Shown here piece after piece: positions 7,421 through 16,805 of a stretch of DNA of 34,799 nt. The notes under the pieces are model-generated. The model had not been told where the DNA came from. It did no database searches and saw only the letters and a program-made list of their open reading frames with translations. The stretch covers positions 1 to 34,799 of the forward strand of contig JAQUKI010000002.1 in assembly GCA_028719225.1 (NCBI GenBank). Direction: 5' to 3'. The stretch's first letter is position 1; each line of letters begins with the position of its first letter. The stretch is from Fidelibacterota bacterium (GTDB lineage: Bacteria > Fidelibacterota > UBA2242). Made by a program: the position numbers and the translations under genes.

Positions 7421-9667
7421 ATGAATAAAAAGTTGCTCTCTATTTGCTTCCTCGCATTTTGTGTTACTTTACACGCCCAGATGATGTTCATCCATAAATC
7501 CGATAACGTCGCGGTCGGCGTTTCATTGTCTGAAATTAAAGAAATATCTATCGGTGAAAATAACACATGGCTGAATTTCAGTATAGGAGATACCGTTGTA
7601 CAATATGCTATGGCCAGTATCGACAGTATTTCATTTACAGAGAGCTCCGATACCGTTTATATTGCCTATAATGGTTCTTACGCATCGGTTATCAATCCCC
7701 TGGCTTTTGAAGGCGTATCGGTAGGTGTAGACGGCGCTTCTGTAACCATAAATGCTGCCGAAGAAGCCGCAGGCGTCAACTATAAAATATCCGGGTCAAC
7801 TTCCAGCGGCTCGCTCAAGATTTACAGCGAGAAAAAGTTTTACCTGTTTTTTAATAATGTAAATATTACTAATCCTATCGGTCCGGCCATCAACATTCAA
7901 TCCAGTAAAAAGGCATTTGTGACATTAATTGACGGAACGGTGAATACTCTGACCGATGGCAGTTCTTACTGCGATTCGATCGTAGTTAATGGCGAAACTG
8001 AAGAACAGGATGCCGCCTTTTATAGCGAAGGCGACCTTATTTTTGACGGTTTAGGCAGTTTGACAATCAATGGCAAAGGTTCGATTCAGCATGGCCTTTG
8101 CAGCGATGATTTCATCCAGATAGACGGCGGAAATATTATCATCACCAGCGCAGCCAAAGATGGTATGAATGCCAACGATGGAATTGTTATAGCAAACGGA
8201 ACTATCAATGTCACAGCTATCGGCGACGCCATTGATGGCGGAGAAGGTTATGTGGCTATTTCCGGCGGTAATATCACCGTAAAAAATACCGGCGCAGACG
8301 GGAACGGCATTACCTGCGATAGCACCATGGTTATCACAGACGGAACCGTCAATATGACGATCAGCGGCAATCAGTCCAAAGGATTGAAATCCGGAAAATA
8401 CATGATGCTGAGTGGCGGTGATTTCACAATCAACACATCCGGCAACGCCGTTCTGGTCCCATCCGGTTCAGGTTACGACCCGTCTTATTGCACGGCAATT
8501 AAATCTGACAGCATCTTAACAATTAATGGCGCTAATATCATATTAACAAGCATCGGTAAAGGCGGCAAAGGCATTTCATCCGATGGCAACATTAAGATCA
8601 TGAGTGGAAGTGTAGTAATTACTACTTCCGGCGCAGGCGCGACCTATAAAAATTCCAGCGGCACAACCGACGCCTACAATGCAACCTGTCTTACAGCCAA
8701 CGGCAATATCGAAATTCTAGGTGGCACCGTTACCACGCAAAGTACCGGTTCTGCAGGAAAAGGAATTACGGCTGACGGAACATTGACAATCGGTGATGAA
8801 AGTAATTCCCCGCAGGTGACAATAACGACGGCGGGTGCTAAAATAACAATCACAGCCGGTAGTGGCGGCCCCTCGGGTTCTACGGGAGATTACGCCGAAG
8901 CGAAAGCAATCAGCTGTGATGGTGCCGTGACAATTAATAATGGAACGGTTACTATTTCCTCAGCCGACGACGGCATAAAATCTGCGTCGTCGGTAACTAT
9001 CAACAGTGGAACAGTTTCAATCACAAAATCCATCGAAAGAATAGAAGCGCCAATTATTACCGTAAATGATGGCGATGTCAGCATTGTTTCCAGCGATGAT
9101 AGTTTTAATGCCACCAAAGGAAACGGCGGTGAGACCAATGACGGTAGTTACCTATACCTAAAGGGCGGAAATGTTTCTGTAAATACTTCCGCTGGCGATG
9201 GCCTCGACAGCAACGGCAATATCGTAATGACCGCCGGAACTGTTGTGGCGCATGGTCCCACATCCCAACCTGAAGTCGGCGCGGACTATAACGGAACATT
9301 CAATATATCCGGTGGATTACTACTGTTTACGGGTCCCAATTCCGGCAACATGATCGAAGCTACGAGCACAAGTTCAACTCAGTACGCAATCAAAGTAACA
9401 ATAAGTTCAACGCTAAATTCGTCCACCTTATTTCACGTTCAGGACGCCAGCGGGAATAACCTTATGACCTACAAACCGGTCAGAAATCTTTATTATATTG
9501 TCTTTTCCTCACCTGATTTAAAGAGCGGCTCGACATATTATATTTATACGGGAGGCACATCGACCGGTACTTATTCAAATGGTTTATATATCGGAGGAAC
9601 CTACTCCGGCGGAACACAAAGGAAAAGTTTTACGCTTTCCAGTAAAGTAACCAGTGTGTCATTCTAA
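7421..9667 (+). CDS. Secreted beta-helix carbohydrate-binding protein, Cthe_2159 (PF14262)-like
   Basis: 748 aa with signal peptide MNKKLLSICFLAFCVTLHAQ. It has many roughly 20-25-aa G/T/N/I-rich turns (GGNITV..DGNGI; SADDGIKSASSVTINSGTVSI; AGDGLDSNGNIVMTAGTVVAHG) characteristic of that family. Confidence 0.6.
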   Translation: MNKKLLSICFLAFCVTLHAQMMFIHKSDNVAVGVSLSEIKEISIGENNTWLNFSIGDTVVQYAMASIDSISFTESSDTVYIAYNGSYASVINPLAFEGVSVGVDGASVTINAAEEAAGVNYKISGSTSSGSLKIYSEKKFYLFFNNVNITNPIGPAINIQSSKKAFVTLIDGTVNTLTDGSSYCDSIVVNGETEEQDAAFYSEGDLIFDGLGSLTINGKGSIQHGLCSDDFIQIDGGNIIITSAAKDGMNANDGIVIANGTINVTAIGDAIDGGEGYVAISGGNITVKNTGADGNGITCDSTMVITDGTVNMTISGNQSKGLKSGKYMMLSGGDFTINTSGNAVLVPSGSGYDPSYCTAIKSDSILTINGANIILTSIGKGGKGISSDGNIKIMSGSVVITTSGAGATYKNSSGTTDAYNATCLTANGNIEILGGTVTTQSTGSAGKGITADGTLTIGDESNSPQVTITTAGAKITITAGSGGPSGSTGDYAEAKAISCDGAVTINNGTVTISSADDGIKSASSVTINSGTVSITKSIERIEAPIITVNDGDVSIVSSDDSFNATKGNGGETNDGSYLYLKGGNVSVNTSAGDGLDSNGNIVMTAGTVVAHGPTSQPEVGADYNGTFNISGGLLLFTGPNSGNMIEATSTSSTQYAIKVTISSTLNSSTLFHVQDASGNNLMTYKPVRNLYYIVFSSPDLKSGSTYYIYTGGTSTGTYSNGLYIGGTYSGGTQRKSFTLSSKVTSVSF

Positions 9668-9744
9668 AAACTTAGATAGATTGTCATATGAGAGACGTTT
9701 TCAATGTTTAAAATTATTCTATTGAATTTCCAGAAGGTTTTATT

Positions 9745-10203
9745 ATGAAAAAGATGACCTTGCTTGTATTTCTATTATTTGCAGACCTTCTTTATTCACA
9801 AACATATCATTTAAATGTATGGTCGAACGGCAGCGTAACTTCAATTCCCGTTCAGGATATTCAAAAACTTACCTTTGTAAATGTTTCGAATACGATCGAA
9901 GGCGGCGAGGAAACAACCGTAATCCAGGCCTTCAAACTATTACAGAATTATCCAAATCCCTTTAATCCGAGCACAACTATCGAATACGAGATTCCTGTAG
10001 AAGGTAAGGTTAGAATACAAATTTTCAGCCTTAATGGGCAGTTGATAAAATCGTTTGAAAATACACATACCTCTGCGGGAGATTACTCGGTTCCGTGGGA
10101 TGGCAAAGACACTGCAGGCCAAACGGTTGCCAGTGGGTTTTACATCTATCGGGTATCATTTGCCAATTCGGTAGCTGCTAAAAAAATGTTATTTTTAAAA
10201 TAA
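9745..10203 (+). CDS. Small secreted protein made up only of an N-terminal module plus a T9SS-type C-terminal sorting domain
   Basis: 152 aa with a signal peptide. The C-terminal roughly 85 aa (LLQNYPNPFNPSTTIEYEIP...FSLNGQLIKSF...WDGKD..GQTVASGFYIYRV) fits the TIGR04183/FlgD-Ig-like CTD. Confidence 0.7.
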   Translation: MKKMTLLVFLLFADLLYSQTYHLNVWSNGSVTSIPVQDIQKLTFVNVSNTIEGGEETTVIQAFKLLQNYPNPFNPSTTIEYEIPVEGKVRIQIFSLNGQLIKSFENTHTSAGDYSVPWDGKDTAGQTVASGFYIYRVSFANSVAAKKMLFLK

Positions 10204-10895
10204 TGAGATCTATGAAGAAAATGACCTTTCTGTTACTTATTTTACTGTCGTCAAATCTAATTTTTGCGCAGTCATTGATGATATACAAAACCGATCAAAC
10301 CTCAATGAGTTTTGATTTATCTGAAATCGATAGCATAACGTTTTCGGTGACAGCCCTTTCCAAGACGCTTGATTTGTCAGGCTGGAAATGCCTGACTATT
10401 GAACCTGTAACTAAAGAAATTCGTCCGGCAACCGGAGTGCTTGAAGAAGTCGCTGAAGGACTAAAAATCTTTGGTAGCGGTAATCAAATAACTAATTCAA
10501 TTCATCTCGCTTCCGTTTCTGACAATCCGATTACCGATAAGAGCGTATACCTTAAATGGAAAATGGAAGACATGGGTAACTTGATGAGTGTGGTCATCGA
10601 TCTTTATACGGATACGACCAATTGGACTGATGGCTGTCGAATTACCAATTTTACCACAGGTTATTCAACCGAAGGCCAATCGGTCATTTCCAACGATACT
10701 TGGTATTTTACAAGGATTACCGTCACCACCAACACAGCCGTCTCGACAACCTCGACAGATGACTATGATATTGATGGCGGAGTTGTAATTCAGGAATCGT
10801 TGATCAATCTCTCGGAACCAGTAAAGACCTTTACATTCGGCGCTAAAGCCAATCCCGCTTCTTACCTCCTGCTCGGCGAAGTAAGGATAGAATAA
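10203..10895 (+). CDS. Secreted hypothetical protein (possible beta-sandwich or lectin-like domain)
   Basis: 230 aa. TAATG overlap with the previous gene. Signal peptide ...NLIFAQ. The N-terminal module is LMIYKTDQTSMSFDLSEIDSITF. No catalytic motif recognised. Confidence 0.55.
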   Translation: MRSMKKMTFLLLILLSSNLIFAQSLMIYKTDQTSMSFDLSEIDSITFSVTALSKTLDLSGWKCLTIEPVTKEIRPATGVLEEVAEGLKIFGSGNQITNSIHLASVSDNPITDKSVYLKWKMEDMGNLMSVVIDLYTDTTNWTDGCRITNFTTGYSTEGQSVISNDTWYFTRITVTTNTAVSTTSTDDYDIDGGVVIQESLINLSEPVKTFTFGAKANPASYLLLGEVRIE

Positions 10896-11032
10896 TTAAG
10901 AAACAATCTTGGCGATCCAAATATTTGAACGATTTATCATTAATAAAACGTTTTGTATCTCATGTCTGTTTTTAAAATTAACTGATAAATTACATGAGTT
11001 ATAAAGCGGCTTCTCGTCGATAAAAGTGGAGC

Positions 11033-11090
11033 GGGGCCGACGGGGCTCGAACCCGCAACTTCCGGCGTGACAGGCCGGTGCTCTACAACA
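11033..11090 (-). other. 3' fragment (~58 nt) of tRNA-Asp(GUC); att-like remnant, not a complete tRNA
   Basis: The reverse complement reads GTTGTAGAGCA-CCGGC-CTGTCAC-GCCGG-AAGTT-GCGGG-TTCGAGC-CCCGT-CGGCCCC-G. That covers the anticodon arm with GTC, the T-arm, the acceptor 3' strand and discriminator G. The D-stem 5' strand and the GGGGCCG acceptor 5' strand are absent. Confidence 0.7.
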
Positions 11091-11215
11091 TTTTCTTGAC
11101 GATAGCAATGAGTAAAAGGAGGAACTGGATGGGGGAACTCATTACAATCTGACAGAATGCCAAAGAAATCCAGACCTTAATCCTGCACCTAATTTTAATA
11201 ATCCAGTTGCTCATT

Positions 11216-11461
11216 TCAGCCTTTTCTTTTGGTTACGTTTACAGATATACCAGTATCATTTTCACTAATATTCCCGAAATCCCATTCTAACTGTTGATTA
11301 TCAAATCGTGCGTAAATCTCAGTCGTTTTCACGGATGAGTGTCCAAATAGTCGACTTACCTTATAGATGTCGCGATTCTGGTAATAAGTCTTCACTGCAA
11401 AAGTATGACGCAGACAATGAAAATGACGACTCTCACCACTCGGAGTTATTGCATATTCCAT
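11216..11461 (-). pseudogene. Truncated tyrosine integrase (C-terminal ~80 aa only)
   Basis: HCLRHTFAVKTYYQNRDIYKVSRLFGHSSVKTTEIYARF holds the HxxR and H...Y catalytic boxes, but the N-terminal ~250 aa are missing. The fragment abuts the 3' end of the MFS gene. Confidence 0.7.
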
Positions 11462-11528
11462 TCGCTACCAACTAGAATTTTCAGGACATTTTCGTCGGTC
11501 AGATGAATTTTTCGCAGAGCGCGAAAGT

Positions 11529-12986
11529 TTAAAATTTTGTAGAAAAATAACGCATCACATCTTTTGCCGATAACATCAACAAACGCTCTTTCGCTTCTCG
11601 AATTCCGAATTGCTTCACGTATCGAACTTCTTTGACCAAAGGAAGCGCGAGCAGAGTCACTCCTAATCTCATTAATCCGCTAATAAAGAAAACCAGCAGA
11701 AAAACCGATATTCCGAAAAAATGAAACGGCAGAGATGAGATGAATCCACCAAGCATCGAGCCGATAAAAATACCTGTTCCGTTCAGAATTGTGTAATAAG
11801 CGACACAAATCGCCACTCGCTGTTTCGTCACCGCATCATAAATAAAATTTCCAGCGGCAAGATTGAATCCAGCCCAGGCAAATCCGCTGAGACTTTCAAT
11901 CAGTCCCAAAAAGATCATCAAAAGAATCGTACGTCCATGGAACATCGGCGAAAAACACCAGATAAACGGAACAAACGGTATTATCCAACCGCATATCCGG
12001 ATCGTCCGCAAATTACCGAACAAGTCCGCAAATCTGCCCCATGCAGGCATGAAAATCAGAGTAACGATTGGCGTGATTAAACAGATGATCGTGAATTGGA
12101 CGTAACTAAAGTGTAAGTCCTTCAACATATAAACAGCGAAAAAAGGAGCCGCAATCCAGGAGGCCAGGTTCAATAAAGACACATAAACGACGAACTTTCC
12201 GAAGTTGCTCTCCGGAATTTTTCGGATGAACTGCCATATCGTGAAGTAATATTCTTTTTGCGGATGAAAGACCGGCTCGTACTGTTTTATCAGAAAGAAA
12301 GAGTCCGTCGAGCGAGCCAGAAAGGCGATGAAGAAAAGAATCGTAAAACCGATAACAGGCACCGAAATGTTCTTGAAATATTGCAGAATGAACCCGGCGG
12401 CAAGCATCGAGGCAAGCGTAACGATTCCCATGACCCGGTTGCGGACGCCAAAGAATCCGCCGAATTCCTTTGGCATAATGTCGCTCATCCACGAGCTCCA
12501 TGCGGGGCCGACTGTCATTCCCGAAATAATTAACAGACTGTAAAACACGATTAGAAAGCCCGGCAGTATATCCGATCGGACGCTGAAATAAAAATGCAGG
12601 ATGCCGAGAGCAAGAATCGGAAACCACATCAACGACTGAATGAGCACGCCAAGAGTAGTAATTGTTTTTCGTCCGTAACCTTTTTCCATCAGGCGGAGTG
12701 ACAGGAGTTGGGAAATACTTCCGAGCAGTTGAGGGATGGAGGATAGAAAACCAATATGAGAATTAGTCGCGCCCAAGAGAAGCGCATATGGCGTGATATA
12801 GCGGAGACCACACCCATCGTGAATCGCGAACATACTACCATCCCAGATGCTCATGATCTGGGCTTTTCGTTTAAGGCCTTCTTCAGATTCCGGGTCTTTC
12901 GCTTTCTCTATCACTTTTATTTGAAATCCATCATTTTTTATTCGGGCAAATATAATAGATACACTTGTATCATTGAATCGACGCAA
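11529..12986 (-). CDS. MFS-type transporter
   Basis: 485-aa ORF, highly hydrophobic, with about 12 predicted TM segments. The annotated start is TTG; the in-frame ATG at 12854 (MSIWDGSMFAIHDG) is an alternative start. Confidence 0.7.
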   Translation of the reverse strand: MRRFNDTSVSIIFARIKNDGFQIKVIEKAKDPESEEGLKRKAQIMSIWDGSMFAIHDGCGLRYITPYALLLGATNSHIGFLSSIPQLLGSISQLLSLRLMEKGYGRKTITTLGVLIQSLMWFPILALGILHFYFSVRSDILPGFLIVFYSLLIISGMTVGPAWSSWMSDIMPKEFGGFFGVRNRVMGIVTLASMLAAGFILQYFKNISVPVIGFTILFFIAFLARSTDSFFLIKQYEPVFHPQKEYYFTIWQFIRKIPESNFGKFVVYVSLLNLASWIAAPFFAVYMLKDLHFSYVQFTIICLITPIVTLIFMPAWGRFADLFGNLRTIRICGWIIPFVPFIWCFSPMFHGRTILLMIFLGLIESLSGFAWAGFNLAAGNFIYDAVTKQRVAICVAYYTILNGTGIFIGSMLGGFISSLPFHFFGISVFLLVFFISGLMRLGVTLLALPLVKEVRYVKQFGIREAKERLLMLSAKDVMRYFSTKF

Positions 12987-13047
12987 TTTTTACTGCTGAA
13001 TAAATTTCTAAGTTTGTCAAAAATATTTTCCATTTAGCCATCAAGGA

Positions 13048-13073
13048 TATAAGACTATCATGATAGTCTTATA
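13048..13073. repeat. Perfect 26-bp palindrome TATAAGACTATCATGATAGTCTTATA
   Basis: Read directly. It lies in the 310-nt gap between the ABC ATPase stop (13297) and the MFS start (12986). Confidence 0.8.
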
Positions 13074-13296
13074 AACGCTTCAAGTAGCGCTAACCCAATT
13101 CGACACAACCTGCCATACCCGCCCCATATATCCCATGCCCCCTGCACTTACTTACCGTCGCACCGAAGTATCCTTCGAACGATGGTCGATCAGGATGTTG
13201 CCATGGCCGGTAAAACCTCCGGTTTGACATCCATTGGATTGGGAATAAATAGTTCTATGCACCTACTTAAGGCATTGTAAAAATTATGATAATTAT

Positions 13297-14382
13297 TCAA
13301 AGAACATTATGTGTATCTACATTAAAATATTTTAACTTATTTAAATTAAAATAAATTGAAACAGAATCCCCTTGTTTCAATTCGATAAATCCCATCCATT
13401 TACAGACAATTGTAATATTATTTACTTTAACATTGAGTAGGGTTTCATATCCCAAAGGTTCAAGCAATTCAATTTTTCCACTAATTGGATTTGAACATGC
13501 ACTCATGTTCTCTAAAAATATATCTTCAGGGCGAATGCCAACAATAACCTTTTTAATATCGCATTTTTTTAAATAACGGACTGTTTCTTCTGGAATATTT
13601 AGTTCAATCTCATGATCTTCGGCAAACAGCATACCATTATCATCAACCGACGTTTCTACAAGATTCATTTTAGGGCTACCAATAAATCCAGCTACAAATA
13701 AATCAGAGGGATTATTATACACTTCCATTGGAGTTCCAATTTGGTGAATAATGCCGTCTTTCATGACCACAATTCGATCACCCATGGTCATTGCTTCGGT
13801 TTGATCATGAGTTACATAGATCATGGTCGTTTTCAGATACGTATGTAATTTTTTAATTTCAGTACGCATCTGAGTTCGTAATTTTGCATCTAGATTAGAT
13901 AAAGGCTCATCGAAGAGGAACACTTTCGGTTTTCGGACAATCGCCCGCCCTAATGCGACGCGTTGACTTTGGCCTCCTGATAATTGTTTCGGTTTCCTGG
14001 CCATAAGATCCTGGATCTCTAATATTTCCGCCGTTTCCATCACCATCTTTTTGATTTCGTCTTTTTTATAATTTCTAAGTTTGAGACCGAAAGCCATATT
14101 TTCATAAACGGTCATATGAGGATAGAGGGCGTAATTTTGGAAAACCATTGAAATATTACGATCTTTTGGTGCAACTTCATTAACCAAATTACCGTCAATT
14201 AGAATGTCTCCCGCGGTGAGTTCCTCTAAACCCGCTAAAAGCCTTAGGGTAGTCGATTTGCCACATCCGGAAGGACCTATCAGTACTAAAAACTCACCCT
14301 CCCGAACATTCAGATTGAGGTTTTCGATTACCTTTGTAGCACCAAAATACTTTGTGATATTTTTAAATTCAATCTCCGCCAT
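13297..14382 (-). CDS. Sugar ABC transporter ATP-binding protein (MalK/UgpC/MsmK type)
   Basis: Walker A GPSGCGKST, signature LSGGQSQR, Walker B FLFDEPLS, and a MalK-like C-terminal regulatory domain. Confidence 0.9.
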   Translation of the reverse strand: MAEIEFKNITKYFGATKVIENLNLNVREGEFLVLIGPSGCGKSTTLRLLAGLEELTAGDILIDGNLVNEVAPKDRNISMVFQNYALYPHMTVYENMAFGLKLRNYKKDEIKKMVMETAEILEIQDLMARKPKQLSGGQSQRVALGRAIVRKPKVFLFDEPLSNLDAKLRTQMRTEIKKLHTYLKTTMIYVTHDQTEAMTMGDRIVVMKDGIIHQIGTPMEVYNNPSDLFVAGFIGSPKMNLVETSVDDNGMLFAEDHEIELNIPEETVRYLKKCDIKKVIVGIRPEDIFLENMSACSNPISGKIELLEPLGYETLLNVKVNNITIVCKWMGFIELKQGDSVSIYFNLNKLKYFNVDTHNVL

Positions 14383-14457
14383 TAAATATCCCTTAATAAA
14401 ATCTTAATATTTGCTGCAACCTCACATAAAGTGTTCGGTTATAGGCTGCAATTCCTT

Positions 14458-15456
14458 TTACTTAGGTTCCGTACATTGGGCGATCAGATCGTCGATGTGG
14501 GCTGTCGCCATGCAAATCGAAGTATCCGCTGCGCCGTAATAGATTTTTACTTCGCCGGAATCTTCAAGAATATTACCGGTAACGAAAATGACATCATTTC
14601 GATAACCACCGGTTATTTCATACTCTGCTTCGGGAGCCAGCAGGGGCTTCTTACTCATACAAACGATTTTTCTGGGATCTTCCAGATCAAGCAGCATTAC
14701 ACCGGCACAGTATCTCTTTTTCCATGTCTTTTCATAACCATTGCGCTGACGGGCTGGATCAAAATCAGATGCATGAAAAATCGTCAACCACCCTTTTGGC
14801 GTCTTTATTGGAGGAGCTCCAGGACCGATTTTTAAATTGGCAAACGGAACGTCTTCCACACCCAGCAATAGATCGGATTTGCCCCAGTATACTAAATCCG
14901 GCGACTCTGAGATCCAAATATCAAAACGTTCGGGATAGCCCGGACGGCCATAAATCGGGAACGGCCGCTCCAGGCGAATATAATTACCATTATATTTTTC
15001 CGATAGCAATACAAAATTTCTATTATCAGGAGCATCAATAGAAATGATATCAAATTTTTCAAAATCTTCCGTGACTGCGATTCCACCGCGTACTCCATGA
15101 CGAGTTTCCATTGCAAAAGTCATGTAGCATTTATCGTCAATAACTATCAATCTGGGATCGTACGTATTTAAGAATTCTTCATTTTTCATATCGAAACATG
15201 GTTGGGGCATTACATTCCACTTAATGCCGTCATCACTATAGGCAAGGCCAAGATAAAGACCCTCGTCAACAGTATATTCACCGGTTCTTTCATCGTTTCT
15301 AAACACCATCACATATTTACCATGGTATTTTGTGATACCTGCGTTCGAAACCAGATCGGATTTATAAGGCACATCACTCGCTTTTAAAACTGGATTTCCT
15401 GGATGTCTATTAATCACCGAACTCGATTTCAAAGGACCAATCAATTTTTCACTCAT
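14458..15456 (-). CDS. GH130 family beta-mannoside phosphorylase/glycosidase (cytoplasmic)
   Basis: NPVLKASDVP...VFRNDE...LAYSDDGIKW...DPRL...ERP...DIWISESPDLVYWG...KIGPGAPPIKTPKGWL...YYGAADT fits GH130. There is no signal peptide. I prefer the ATG at 15456 (AAGGAG 7 nt upstream) over the track's TTG at 15474. Confidence 0.8.
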   Translation of the reverse strand: MSEKLIGPLKSSSVINRHPGNPVLKASDVPYKSDLVSNAGITKYHGKYVMVFRNDERTGEYTVDEGLYLGLAYSDDGIKWNVMPQPCFDMKNEEFLNTYDPRLIVIDDKCYMTFAMETRHGVRGGIAVTEDFEKFDIISIDAPDNRNFVLLSEKYNGNYIRLERPFPIYGRPGYPERFDIWISESPDLVYWGKSDLLLGVEDVPFANLKIGPGAPPIKTPKGWLTIFHASDFDPARQRNGYEKTWKKRYCAGVMLLDLEDPRKIVCMSKKPLLAPEAEYEITGGYRNDVIFVTGNILEDSGEVKIYYGAADTSICMATAHIDDLIAQCTEPK

Positions 15457-15500
15457 TTTTAACTCCTTAATCAATTATTTCACTTTATTTTTCTCATCAT

Positions 15501-16778
15501 TCATTCATCGTCATCAAGTGGTTCCGGTTCTTCCGTTCCAAATCTTGATAAATATACTTTTACTTTTTTGGCCATTTCTTTGCCAATCGTTCTCTTAAAT
15601 GGCAGAACCGTAGCATTCACAATTCCCGAAGTAAAACGCACTGCGAAGTTACCGATGATCTCAAAAGCGTCCGGTGAGATATTCTCAATCGTATCGTTCC
15701 ATGAATGACCCAATCCTAGCGCCTGTCGGTAAAAATTGACGGCCGGAATTCCTTCTCCGCAAAATGGCATATTGTCGCTGGAATAAATATCATACTCGAT
15801 CGTCATATCCAAGTCTTCAATGATATTTAATGCATCGAGATAATGATAAACGGATTTACCGGCAGTCACACGAACACAATTCTTACCCAAAATCGTACCT
15901 CCGAGATCGAAATTGAAGACCATTTTGATTTTCTTTAGAGCATCTTCCGAACTCTTCAGAGATTTTACATACGCCAATGATCCTCTTAGGCCGAGCTCTT
16001 CACCGGAAAACAGGATAAATCTGACCGTTCTCATCGGCGGATTTTTCTTAAAATATCTTGCTATTTCAAGCACACTTGCAGTCCCAGCGGCGTTATCATA
16101 AATACCGGGATTCAGCGTCGAATCATAATGTCCGAAGAATACAAATTCCTCTTCCGGTCGGTAGGTTCCTTTAATTTCAGCAATCACATTTCTCCCGCTA
16201 CCCTCCAAATCCGATTCGTCTTCTATGCAGAGGTGCACTTTTGTGACATTATGTTTCACCATTTCCAGAGCATCGTTATAGCTGACATAACAAACAGGCA
16301 GTTCGCCCCATTTTTTTACATAATCCCCGTTGAACGTAATGCCTAGAAGTTCTTTATTATGTTCCATCGGAATGATAACAGCGGCGGCATGATGACGCGT
16401 CAGTCGTTCGTAAAGAATACGATCTACATTTCCTGTCGTCATAACGACCTTGCCTTTAATATCCTTGCAGAACCGCTCTCCGCCGGAATCGATATACTTG
16501 AATTCGGCCGTCAAACCCTCAGGCGGAGTTCCTCCTGAAATAACTCTTTGAGTTATTTTTACATCTTTCTCATAAGGCGACAAAATTTTCATCATGGATG
16601 AAAAACGATGACTTGTCGCCATCGGAAAATCAAAATACTTAGGTTCTAAGCCGATTTCCCGAAACTGGTTCGCGATAATCTCCGCCGCCTTTTTTTCTTC
16701 TTTGGTACCACCCACACGGATGAAATTTATTTTCTTAATGAACTCATAGCAATTCGTACCACTAAACACTTCACTCAT
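15501..16778 (-). CDS. M28 family zinc aminopeptidase with PA domain (cytoplasmic)
   Basis: FFGHYDS, DNAAGTASVLEIARYF and FSGEELGLRGSLAYV are M28 metal-ligand motifs. GAGGAG RBS. No signal peptide. Confidence 0.8.
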   Translation of the reverse strand: MSEVFSGTNCYEFIKKINFIRVGGTKEEKKAAEIIANQFREIGLEPKYFDFPMATSHRFSSMMKILSPYEKDVKITQRVISGGTPPEGLTAEFKYIDSGGERFCKDIKGKVVMTTGNVDRILYERLTRHHAAAVIIPMEHNKELLGITFNGDYVKKWGELPVCYVSYNDALEMVKHNVTKVHLCIEDESDLEGSGRNVIAEIKGTYRPEEEFVFFGHYDSTLNPGIYDNAAGTASVLEIARYFKKNPPMRTVRFILFSGEELGLRGSLAYVKSLKSSEDALKKIKMVFNFDLGGTILGKNCVRVTAGKSVYHYLDALNIIEDLDMTIEYDIYSSDNMPFCGEGIPAVNFYRQALGLGHSWNDTIENISPDAFEIIGNFAVRFTSGIVNATVLPFKRTIGKEMAKKVKVYLSRFGTEEPEPLDDDE

Positions 16779-16805
16779 AATCTTCTCCTCATTGATAATT
16801 AAACA

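Noticed and set aside
10896-11108. 70-aa minus-strand ORF (Cys/Arg/Pro-rich)
   Set aside because: It overlaps the tRNA-Asp fragment and its composition reflects the GC-rich tRNA sequence, so it is spurious.
12106-12627. 173-aa ORF in an alternative minus-strand frame, plus + strand ORFs inside the MFS gene
   Set aside because: They are fully nested in the MFS transporter CDS, whose hydrophobic 12-TM pattern explains the region. The alternative frames have no motifs or RBS.
13081-13260. tRNA-, tmRNA- or riboswitch-like element in the GC-rich gap
   Set aside because: A TTCGAA string is present, but no flanking T-stem or acceptor pairing could be built, and I recognise no conserved riboswitch core. 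It is left as an unexplained GC-rich island.
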